This document shows positions 37,261 through 45,351 of a stretch of DNA of 64,000 nt, in pieces; the stretch's first letter is position 1, and every line of letters begins with the position of its first letter. The notes below the pieces were generated by a model. That model was given only the letters and a program-made list of their open reading frames with translations. It did not search any database and was not told the DNA's origin. Source of the DNA: an uncultured Megasphaera sp. (GTDB lineage: Bacteria > Bacillota > Negativicutes > Veillonellales > Megasphaeraceae). A program made the position numbers and the translations under genes. The DNA lies in contig CAKPYN010000006.1 of assembly GCA_934202965.1 (NCBI GenBank), forward strand, positions 37,141 to 101,140, in the 5' to 3' direction.

Positions 37261-39345
37261 TTATCGAATGACACGCCGCGACGGGCCAAGAATGCGAACA
37301 CTATTCAATACAACTGCTAAGGTAGCTGTATTATGGATGACAGCTGCCCATAACGGACTAATTCTGCCCAATGCTCCTAAAAGCATTGCTGCTGAGTTGA
37401 CAACAATCGTCGCTGTAAAGTTTTGGTTAATCGCTTTCATCGTACGACGGCCAATCTGCAAGGCATCACAAAGCTTGCTAGGATCTTCGGATCGAATTGT
37501 AATGGCTGCTGATTCGGCAGCAATATCTGTTTTATTACCACCTAGGCTGACACCAATATCAGCAAATGCTAATGCTGGGGCATCATTAATACCATCGCCA
37601 ACCATCATAACATTGCCGCGTTTTTGAAGTTTCATGACATAATTTGCCTTATCTTCCGGCAAAATTTCTGCATGATAGGAATCAATATCCATGTCATGGG
37701 CTACTTCTGCAGCCATGTCTTTCGAGTCGCCCGTAAGCATAACTACTTCATCAATGCCGATACGTCGCATTTGATTCAGTGTTTTTTTCATAGCCGGGCG
37801 AACTGGATCTTCAATCGTCAAGCAGCCGAGATATTGTTTGTCTCTGGCAACATAGAGCAAGTTTCTACCCCATGATTTATCGCTGACTTCCGGAACACCT
37901 TGTACGTTTTCTTCCTGCATGAACCGCCGGCTGCCGACAAGAACATCGCCGCCCTGATAGGTTTCAAAATCAGGAACCATCGCCTTCATACCGCGTGCTA
38001 CTATCGTTTCTGATGTTTCATGCGGCGGCGTTTCCCATTCCTGTCCTTTTACATATTTTTGAATAGCTACGGCTAATGGGTGAACAGAGTGCATTTCTGC
38101 TGAAGCGGCCAACAAAATCATTTCTTTTTCTTCCACACCTTTGGCTGTTTCAATATGCGCAATCTGCGGTACACCCATGGTAATTGTACCCGTTTTATCC
38201 AGCACAACCGTATCAATATCTGCTAAATTTTCGATATAGTTGCCGCCTTTAATCAGAATCCCCTTACGAGCAGCAACGCCAATAGCAGCTGAAATTGCTG
38301 TTGCCGTAGACAATTTTAAGCCGCAAGAGAAATCAATAAACAACAGATTCAAAACACGCTGCCAATCTTTTGTAGCACCGTATACAATGGCTGCACCAAT
38401 AAAGGAAATCGGAACCAGCATATTGGCCATCTTATCAGCAAAATTTTGAACAGGTGCACGCCGTGTTTGGGCTTCTTCTACTAGATGAATGATTTGCGCC
38501 AAGGATGTATCTGCACCGACTTTTTCTACTTCAATTACTAAATCGCCGGCTTCAATAATACTGCCTGCATACACAGAGGAACCAGCTTGTTTGATAGCCG
38601 GATTGGATTCACCAGTAATAGAAGCCTGATTGACTGCTGCATTGCCGGATAAGACACGGCCATCTACACAAATTTTTTCACCCAGATGAACGGCAATATG
38701 ATCGCCGACTTTCAGTGATTCAACCGGTACTTTCCGTTCTCGGCCATTTTCAATAATCCAAACATCGCGCTGATCTAATTTGAGCAAGCCGGAAATTTGC
38801 CGGCGCGCACGTTCAGCAGCATATTCAGTCAACATTTCTGCCCCATTAGACAATGCCAGCAAGGTCAGACTGGATTCCGGTTTACCAGCCAATACCGAAG
38901 CCGCTACAGCCGTTGCCGTCAAGGTATCCGCATTTGCCTGATGATCTTTTAAGACTCCCATGACACCGCTGTAAATAAATCGACGAGCAATATACAACGT
39001 AAACAGACGACGGAATAATAAAATACCTGCATAAAATTTCGGATTGGTCTTACGCAGAATGTTCATCGCAATAAAACCGCCTACGGAAATAATCGCTTCG
39101 CGACGATATGCAGCTACGTCCCATTCCTTTTTTTCTTCTTTTTTCTTACCATATTTGTTTTCAAAAGAACGGACAAACATACGAACCGATCGTAAGTCCA
39201 CACGTCCCGTATAATAAAATGTTAATTTTCTTTCATTGGTAGATGCCGCCACAATTCCCGGAATCTGTCGTAATTTGACACTTAGAATAGGACGCATTCT
39301 CACTGGAAGAAGACTATGAAGCTCCATTGTACAACATGTATACAT
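37261..39345 (-). CDS. P1B-type (heavy-metal) P-type ATPase, atypical; FezB-like candidate
   Basis: TGES (SITGESNP), DKTGTIT, HP motif (HSVHPLA), MLTGD and GDGINDAPAL are all present. The TM4 position reads FSCGLKLSTATA (S-C-G instead of CPC). There is no CxxC metal-binding domain; the N-terminus is a Cys-less HMA-like segment. Confidence 0.85.
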   Translation of the reverse strand: MYTCCTMELHSLLPVRMRPILSVKLRQIPGIVAASTNERKLTFYYTGRVDLRSVRMFVRSFENKYGKKKEEKKEWDVAAYRREAIISVGGFIAMNILRKTNPKFYAGILLFRRLFTLYIARRFIYSGVMGVLKDHQANADTLTATAVAASVLAGKPESSLTLLALSNGAEMLTEYAAERARRQISGLLKLDQRDVWIIENGRERKVPVESLKVGDHIAVHLGEKICVDGRVLSGNAAVNQASITGESNPAIKQAGSSVYAGSIIEAGDLVIEVEKVGADTSLAQIIHLVEEAQTRRAPVQNFADKMANMLVPISFIGAAIVYGATKDWQRVLNLLFIDFSCGLKLSTATAISAAIGVAARKGILIKGGNYIENLADIDTVVLDKTGTITMGVPQIAHIETAKGVEEKEMILLAASAEMHSVHPLAVAIQKYVKGQEWETPPHETSETIVARGMKAMVPDFETYQGGDVLVGSRRFMQEENVQGVPEVSDKSWGRNLLYVARDKQYLGCLTIEDPVRPAMKKTLNQMRRIGIDEVVMLTGDSKDMAAEVAHDMDIDSYHAEILPEDKANYVMKLQKRGNVMMVGDGINDAPALAFADIGVSLGGNKTDIAAESAAITIRSEDPSKLCDALQIGRRTMKAINQNFTATIVVNSAAMLLGALGRISPLWAAVIHNTATLAVVLNSVRILGPSRRVIR

Positions 39346-39348
39346 TAC

Positions 39349-39996
39349 TTATCGTCCACCTCTCATTAGAGCCGCAGCCCACCATAACATCTGCGGGCCT
39401 GACGGCCGTTGATTGAGCATAATCATTTTGCGCATGCCCCGAATGATAAAGATAAAGGATACAAGCGAGCGCAAATCCAATACATTGGCTGTTTTTTTAG
39501 AAATAATGCCATTAAACAAATCCAATGTTTCATACAGTGCATCCCGATACGCAGCTCGATTACTATTTTGCTGTATCATCAGTGCTTCACGCTGTTGATT
39601 TTCATTTTCTGTAAATACACGGCTGCGTAAGAAAATTTCTAATTGATCCAATATTCCTTCATCGTTGGCGCATAGAAGAATACTTCCTGTTACAGAACTG
39701 ATTTGTACAGTTTGTATCGCTTTGAGGCTTGCAATTTTGTTTTGCAGCATATCTGCCAATGCCTGATTTCCTACCAAAGCAGCCACCCGATAGCGACGAC
39801 GTCCTTTTATGGCAGACACGCAAGTAAATGCTGGTATAGTTGCTTCACCCATCGAAAGCGGTGCTGTTATCTGGGGCTGTACCTTAGGTACGTTAGCACC
39901 CTGATACGCACCAACTGGTGTATCATTCTTACAAAACATGCCATGAATCGCCTTACCAATCGACGCTCCCAACATGAATCCAGAAGCATAAGACAT
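39349..39996 (-). CDS. Hypothetical protein with an N-terminal GxxxG segment and a Cys-less HMA-like domain
   Basis: N-terminus SGFMLGASIGKAIHG. The central segment IKGRRRYRVAALVGNQALADMLQNKIASLKAIQTVQISSVTGSILL resembles the upstream 114-aa protein. The ATG at 39996 is 6 nt after a GGAGAGG SD; the track start is 40002. Confidence 0.7.
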   Translation of the reverse strand: MSYASGFMLGASIGKAIHGMFCKNDTPVGAYQGANVPKVQPQITAPLSMGEATIPAFTCVSAIKGRRRYRVAALVGNQALADMLQNKIASLKAIQTVQISSVTGSILLCANDEGILDQLEIFLRSRVFTENENQQREALMIQQNSNRAAYRDALYETLDLFNGIISKKTANVLDLRSLVSFIFIIRGMRKMIMLNQRPSGPQMLWWAAALMRGGR

Positions 39997-39998
39997 GG

Positions 39999-40343
39999 TC
40001 ATCCTCTCCTTTCTACGTGGCTCATAATATATTGTTCCACTCTTGCTAATTCCGTATTCATCCGCAAAACATCTGGACGATACACAATCAGAATCGATCC
40101 CGTAACGACATTTATATCGACTTTGTCAATTTCTTTATAACTTGCAATATATGCATATACTTTACGACCCAATTCTGCATTACCAATCAATTTTCGGCTG
40201 TGAAGACGAATCCGTCCGGGTATATAAGAAGAAATTTGTACAGCACGAATAATAATATCCCACTTTGATACAGGTAGAAACACGATGTTGCGCAACCCTT
40301 TCTTTTGCCAGATTGTAAAAAAGACCATTACCATCAGTGGCAA
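39999..40343 (-). CDS. Small protein with a Cys-less HMA-like domain
   Basis: IPGRIRLHSRKLIGNAELGRKVYAYIASYKEIDKVDINVVTGSILIVY after a hydrophobic N-terminus. The start is uncertain (TTG 40343 or ATG 40334, neither with a strong SD). Its stop overlaps the SD of the next gene. Confidence 0.65.
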   Translation of the reverse strand: MPLMVMVFFTIWQKKGLRNIVFLPVSKWDIIIRAVQISSYIPGRIRLHSRKLIGNAELGRKVYAYIASYKEIDKVDINVVTGSILIVYRPDVLRMNTELARVEQYIMSHVERRG

Positions 40344-40369
40344 CAGTCTTTTGTTTGTGTTATGTACAA

Positions 40370-40582
40370 TTATTTTGCTGCTTCCTGGGCTGCAATTAAA
40401 TCTTCTAATTCTTCTTTTTGACGCTGTAATTCAGCTAAAGGCACGTTAGCAGATACTGCACCTGCAGCTGGCTGCTGCAATGCGAGAAGCTGTTGTTCTC
40501 TTTCGCTAAGCAGTTTGTAACCAAATACACCTGCAACAACACCAATTCCTAAACCAATCCAAAAATCACTATTTTGAAACAT
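40370..40582 (-). CDS. Small membrane-anchored protein with a glycine zipper and coiled coil (YtxH-like)
   Basis: 70 aa: FWIGLGIGVVAGVFGYKLL followed by a helical E/Q/A-rich tail. A strong AGGAGAGG SD is upstream. It is the first gene of the ATPase cluster. Confidence 0.7.
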   Translation of the reverse strand: MFQNSDFWIGLGIGVVAGVFGYKLLSEREQQLLALQQPAAGAVSANVPLAELQRQKEELEDLIAAQEAAK

Positions 40583-40633
40583 AAGGCACCTCTCCTTTTT
40601 TCAAATCTATATTACTACTTATTTACGTCCCTT

Positions 40634-40662
40634 ATTATACAGGAAAAAAAAATAATTGTAAA
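40634..40662 (-). promoter_or_regulatory. Putative sigma-A promoter of the ATPase cluster
   Basis: Minus strand TTTACA, 17 nt, TATAAT, about 50 nt upstream of the first gene. Confidence 0.5.
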
Positions 40663-40669
40663 CAGTTAT

Positions 40670-40684
40670 TTATAATTATTATCA
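40670..40684. promoter_or_regulatory. Fur-box-like 7-1-7 inverted repeat
   Basis: Minus strand TGATAATAATTATAA against the Firmicute Fur 7-1-7 consensus TGATAATNATTATCA (14 of 15), 8 nt upstream of the -35. The region is AT-rich, so a chance match is possible. Confidence 0.45.
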
Positions 40685-40870
40685 TATTTATTTTCATATA
40701 CTATCGCATTTTTTCAAAACAGTGTAAAAAAAAATGCGTTTCTCTTTTTTATCACATACAGACTTCATAATAAAAAAACATTATAACACATATTAATGTA
40801 AAAAATAAACGCATATATTCCAATAATATCTTTATTTTTACAAATATTTCCTAATATTTACAAATACAAC

Positions 40871-40909
40871 AAATTGCCCATACGGAATATATCTTCCCAT
40901 GGGCAATTT
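40871..40909 (-). terminator. Hairpin after the 750-aa gene (probable terminator)
   Basis: AAATTGCCCAT(17-nt loop)ATGGGCAATTT. The U tract is poor on the minus strand and better on the plus strand. Confidence 0.45.
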
Positions 40910-40963
40910 GCTTTTTATATAGTGCTTCTCATTATCTCTTTTTAATTATGAAAAGCATTTTCC

Positions 40964-43216
40964 TTATTCAAACCAGCGTGACAAATCAAATTCTTCGCCA
41001 ATTCGTTCTTTTATATATCCTTGCGCTAAATACAACCCTAACAGTGATAATGTAGAAACACGAAGCATTGTACTATCCCAAATATCGCCTAAGTCAGCTA
41101 AAACCGGTGATATATCTTCCATAATATCCAATGCTTCTTCACCCATGAAGCCTGCAGGCCGTTTCTTAGCCAGCCGCATAATCTGTTCCTGCATCATACG
41201 GTCTTGAATACCGGTCATGCGGAAAAATCGTGTCGTCATGCTTTCATCTACCATTGCTAATTTAATCAAAGGCGAATTGAAGGACTGCACAATAAATTCA
41301 GCCGGTATCCGTTTTCCGCGCAATGCCTTACGCAATTCTTCTTCCGTAAAACCACGATACCGGAACAATAATGGATACGAATCCGACAAAATTTCTGCAA
41401 AATGCGTTTCTTTACTTTCAAATGCCGTACAACGCAAATAGTCAAGCTGCTGATAATATGGGCGTTCTGTTGGGAATCCATCCAAAAATGGCGCAACATA
41501 TTTATCAATATATTCACTAAACGTTTCTTTATCAACATTATGTGAATTACGAGAGTATAAAAACAGCAGCAAAATAGCTAAAATTTTGTAATGTTCATTT
41601 GACAAATACGGCATAACTTTTAATGCATCAATAGCAACCAAATGCCGCGTCGATACCGGTGAACCCAGTACAATATCATCAAATGCCTGCAGAGCCAATG
41701 ATTCTACATGGCTTTCTGGATGGGCCGCATATGCTTTTTGCAAATTCAGCAATGCTTCCTGTGCCAACAACGTGGACATAGCTTGTTGCCGCTGTTCATC
41801 ATCGGTACAGCCAATCCGATCAAACGCAGCTGTTGTAATATGTTCCGCCTGTTGTTTCAAAGCCGGCGTTACCATGCCAAACTGATTGAGGAAATGTTCA
41901 GCGCACTGCTGAATCAGCGGGGATACGGTTTGTTTCTTTTGTGTTTCTTCTTCGTTCCAAATAGATTGCCGTTTACCAGCGCCAGTCAATGGCGTTGCCT
42001 TCGTAGCCGACAAATCATTGCCCCATGGACTCTTTTGCGTAAGCGGAATTTCCATGTCTGCTTGTTGTGTCGATGCCTGTGGGCGTCTTGTTGTTTGGCG
42101 CGAATGAATAGGCGGCATAACTGCCGTTTCTTCTAAATCAGCTTGCTCTTTAGGAATAGCTGTATCGATATGGATAGGTTCCATACGCTGTGTTTGTTCT
42201 AATGAAGCTGCTACAGCTTCCATCTGTGCTTGTTTTTGTGCCGCTGCTTCACGTTCTTTCTGTCGCAGCATAGCCGGATCAATAATTTGCGTTTCATCAT
42301 TTAAACCGTCATTCGATGTATGCGAAACCGTTTCAGTATGTTCCGGCAGTGGTTGTCCTGCCGCCTTGGCATTTTCTGCCATTACTTCTTGTAAAATGTG
42401 TTTGCGGTGCGGGACTTTTTTCTGAGATTCATCAACAGCTGTCTGTTCATGCGCTGACGATGATACCTGCGGCTGCTTCAATCCTGCATTATCATCATGG
42501 CGCGAAGCCAAATCAGCTGCTACGACAGCTGCCATATCTGCCAGCTGCGGTTCTTCAGACTCTGTCTTGGCTACTTCATCAGCCCACTGTGCCTGCTGCT
42601 GTCGTTGCACTTCTTCTTGCTGCCGTCTTGCCTGTTCTTGACGGCTGCGAGTACGCAGCGCCTGATCTTCAGCAATATGACGATCTTCTGCCGCTTTTTC
42701 TTCAGCAGCCCGCCGTTCTCGTTCTTTTTTAGCTTCTTCGGATTTTGCTTTATACGCAGCAGCTTCTTCTTTATCTACTTTGTCCATTGCCGCTAAAATT
42801 TCATCACGCGACAATACACGCGTAATATCTAAATTTTCCTGTTCATCCGACGGTGTCTGCCGGTTAGCTGCCTGATATACAATACGTCCATTACGCCGAA
42901 CAGCTTCCCCTTTCGTAGTCACAAACGCCGTTTCTTCCGGATGTTCCTGCCGTTCCCTCACTGTAACCGTAGATATTTTGGGAAGGGGCGATGTATCTTC
43001 TTTGACATAGCGCTGCTGATGAGCTTTTCGCTGTACCGGTTTCTGATGATGTACAGGCATTCTTCGGCGCGGTGCCATACTTTCTTTTTTTTCATGCACC
43101 CGTTTTTCTTTTTTTATTTCTTCATCATGACTGCCGCCAGAATACAGCACATAACATACCACAAAAAAGACAATCACAATACCCGCTATGATAGCATATG
43201 GCAAAAAGTTGGTCAT
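40964..43216 (-). CDS. Membrane-anchored protein with a long charged low-complexity region and a conserved C-terminal domain (hypothetical)
   Basis: N-terminal TM (FLPYAIIAGIVIVFFVVCYVLY), then about 400 aa rich in E, Q, A, R and K, then a C-terminal region of about 330 aa with globular composition. No enzymatic motif recognised. Confidence 0.7.
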   Translation of the reverse strand: MTNFLPYAIIAGIVIVFFVVCYVLYSGGSHDEEIKKEKRVHEKKESMAPRRRMPVHHQKPVQRKAHQQRYVKEDTSPLPKISTVTVRERQEHPEETAFVTTKGEAVRRNGRIVYQAANRQTPSDEQENLDITRVLSRDEILAAMDKVDKEEAAAYKAKSEEAKKERERRAAEEKAAEDRHIAEDQALRTRSRQEQARRQQEEVQRQQQAQWADEVAKTESEEPQLADMAAVVAADLASRHDDNAGLKQPQVSSSAHEQTAVDESQKKVPHRKHILQEVMAENAKAAGQPLPEHTETVSHTSNDGLNDETQIIDPAMLRQKEREAAAQKQAQMEAVAASLEQTQRMEPIHIDTAIPKEQADLEETAVMPPIHSRQTTRRPQASTQQADMEIPLTQKSPWGNDLSATKATPLTGAGKRQSIWNEEETQKKQTVSPLIQQCAEHFLNQFGMVTPALKQQAEHITTAAFDRIGCTDDEQRQQAMSTLLAQEALLNLQKAYAAHPESHVESLALQAFDDIVLGSPVSTRHLVAIDALKVMPYLSNEHYKILAILLLFLYSRNSHNVDKETFSEYIDKYVAPFLDGFPTERPYYQQLDYLRCTAFESKETHFAEILSDSYPLLFRYRGFTEEELRKALRGKRIPAEFIVQSFNSPLIKLAMVDESMTTRFFRMTGIQDRMMQEQIMRLAKKRPAGFMGEEALDIMEDISPVLADLGDIWDSTMLRVSTLSLLGLYLAQGYIKERIGEEFDLSRWFE

Positions 43217-43394
43217 TTCATCCTCTCTCCTATTCGTACTCTCTCAAAATTCTTTTATTATTGTATCATACATCATTCTGTTTGACACTAACTTATCAGC
43301 ATCAGTCCAATATTTTCTTGGCAATACTGCATTTATTTTCTATAATAGAATCATAGTCTTAAAAAGGAGGCCGAGGGCTTCAGCCCACAATACT

Positions 43395-44051
43395 ATGATA
43401 CTATGTAAAGCAATCATTTTTGATATGGACGGAACCGTCCTTGATACACTGGATGAATTAACTACCAGTCTCAATCATATTTTCCAGCTTCATCATATGA
43501 CTCCCAAAACAGCACAAGAAATACGCCGTTGTTTGGGATATGGATATGAAGGGCTTATTGAACGAGCCGCATCTGCTGCATCGGCAGCACAAAAATCGAT
43601 TCTCACGGAAGAATTCAAATCCTACTACAGCAGTCACTGTCAGGGAAATACCCATCCCTATACCGGCATCTTAGAGGTATTATCTGCTCTTCGCAAATCC
43701 GGATATCGCACAGCCATCGTTTCTAATAAGGGACAAGCAGCTGTTTCGTCTCTGCACGAAGAATTTTTTAAAGGTCTTGTTGATTTTTCTATGGGGGAAT
43801 CTCCGGCATATAAGAAAAAACCTGCTCCCGATATGGTTTGGGAAGCACTAAAGCGATTAGGCTGCGCCAAGGAAAACGCTGTATACGTAGGAGATTCTGA
43901 AGTAGATAAACAAACTGCTGACAATGCCGGTTTGACATCGGTTCTTGTATCATGGGGCTTCCGCGATCGGGATTTTTTGGAACGTCTCCATCCGGACTAT
44001 CTGGTAGATTCCCGAAACGAATTAGCTGACTTATTCTGCAGCAATCATTAA
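43395..44051 (+). CDS. HAD-superfamily hydrolase (phosphoglycolate phosphatase-like)
   Basis: Motif I IFDMDGTVLDT, motif II VSNK and motif IV GDSEVDKQTADNAG. The ATG at 43395 places motif I at the N-terminus; the ORF-track extension to 43188 overlaps the divergent gene and promoter region. Confidence 0.85.
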   Translation: MILCKAIIFDMDGTVLDTLDELTTSLNHIFQLHHMTPKTAQEIRRCLGYGYEGLIERAASAASAAQKSILTEEFKSYYSSHCQGNTHPYTGILEVLSALRKSGYRTAIVSNKGQAAVSSLHEEFFKGLVDFSMGESPAYKKKPAPDMVWEALKRLGCAKENAVYVGDSEVDKQTADNAGLTSVLVSWGFRDRDFLERLHPDYLVDSRNELADLFCSNH

Positions 44052-44065
44052 ATTACATATAACGT

Positions 44066-44107
44066 CAAAAACAAGGCAGTGATTCCCAAGCGGTATCGCT
44101 GCCTTGT
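44066..44107 (-). terminator. Terminator after the SLH gene pair
   Basis: Minus strand ACAAGGCAG(loop)CTGCCTTGT followed by TTTTT. Confidence 0.7.
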
Positions 44108-44121
44108 CTGCTATCCAGTTA

Positions 44122-45333
44122 TCAGTGAATGACATCTTGCTGCACAGACGTAATCATATCCGATGCAGCCTGGTCAATTAACGGAGAATATCTGACTTTT
44201 CCCTCATCTGTAATACCATGATCTGCTGCTTTAACAGTTGTCGATGCGTTTTTCGGCGGATTTTCTCTCTGACTGCCAATCTGACCAGATGTTTCTGCCG
44301 TTTCAAAACGAACAATACCTTCACCCACTCGTTTTGCGACTTCTTCCCGTGCCGCTTCGCTAAGCGGATGCCGTACGGTGACGACAATCTGTTCATGCGC
44401 ATAGTCAGGTATCGCTCCTATATAATTCTGCACGCCATCGGTTCCTACAATAGCATTAACAGCCCGCATCATCAGTTGCGCATAATCCATGCGGCTGAAA
44501 TGAACCCGCCGCAGCGATACAGCATCAGGACGTGATACTTCTTCTTGTAGTCGTTTTTTCATAGACTTGCTCGGATTTCCCTTGAATCCCAAGACCAGCG
44601 TATCGCCATCCCAATAGATGGTTCCTTGCTGCATAAAGGCTGCTGTAGAACCATATTCGGCATTAATAATTTTAATGACCTGTGTTTCAATCTGGACATG
44701 CGAAACATACGCTGCATCAGAATGAAGTATATGGTACATAACGTCTGTCGCATCTGCCCTTGTTATGCCTTCTTGCGGACGGAATCGGTTATCTGCAGGC
44801 ACCATAATCCGTTTCGCATACAATGCATCTACGGCTTTCTTATATGCTGCAGAAATACGATTTGCATCTACATATGGCGATGGGGTCGCGTTAAGCTGCG
44901 CAATATCTACCGTATGGCAATACTGCAAATAGCGGTAGATAACATCCGCAAATTCTTCGCGACTGACTATTTGATCCGGTTGAAAGGAACCATCGGCATA
45001 TCCAGACAAAATTCCCTCTGCCGATACAGCAGCTATGGCATCCGCAGCCGGCCCGGCTTTTACATCGGTAAAAGACTGAGAAACGGGGGGCATGCTGGCT
45101 GCTGCCTGATATACGAGCTGTGCCAAATCACTGCGTGTCATCAGCTGATTGGGCAGAAATTGGCTGCCCGTTACAAAGGACAAACAATGTATATCATACA
45201 GATAGTCAATAGCATCACGGCTTGGCAGCGTATTCAAATCTGTATAAGGTGCTTCTGCCAGTGTCGTAAACGAAGCACCTAAAATCGCAGCTGCTGTCAT
45301 CAAAGCAGCCCATGTTTTATGTTTCATTGCCAA
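44122..45333 (-). CDS. Secreted protein with three SLH domains plus a C-terminal domain of unknown function
   Basis: Signal peptide, three SLH repeats (for example FTDVKAGPAADAIAAVSAEGILSGYADGSFQPDQIVSREEFADVIY) and a C-terminal module shared with the upstream paralog. Confidence 0.85.
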   Translation of the reverse strand: MAMKHKTWAALMTAAAILGASFTTLAEAPYTDLNTLPSRDAIDYLYDIHCLSFVTGSQFLPNQLMTRSDLAQLVYQAAASMPPVSQSFTDVKAGPAADAIAAVSAEGILSGYADGSFQPDQIVSREEFADVIYRYLQYCHTVDIAQLNATPSPYVDANRISAAYKKAVDALYAKRIMVPADNRFRPQEGITRADATDVMYHILHSDAAYVSHVQIETQVIKIINAEYGSTAAFMQQGTIYWDGDTLVLGFKGNPSKSMKKRLQEEVSRPDAVSLRRVHFSRMDYAQLMMRAVNAIVGTDGVQNYIGAIPDYAHEQIVVTVRHPLSEAAREEVAKRVGEGIVRFETAETSGQIGSQRENPPKNASTTVKAADHGITDEGKVRYSPLIDQAASDMITSVQQDVIH

Positions 45334-45351
45334 ACTCCTTTACACAGGACA

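Noticed and set aside
37256-37627. 123-aa plus-strand ORF, with further plus-strand ORFs through 40140, antisense to the ATPase cluster
   Set aside because: They lie inside strongly supported minus-strand genes with P-type ATPase motifs and have no translation signals.
40583-40963. Small ORFs or an sRNA in the 380-nt AT-rich spacer upstream of the ATPase cluster
   Set aside because: I found only very short ORFs without an SD (for example a 17-codon one) and A/T-only stems. The region is adequately explained by a terminator, promoter and operator sites.
43188-43394. 69-codon N-terminal extension of the HAD hydrolase ORF
   Set aside because: The extension overlaps the start of the divergent 750-aa gene and the shared promoter region. 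HAD motif I (DMDGT) must be near the N-terminus, which favours the ATG at 43395.
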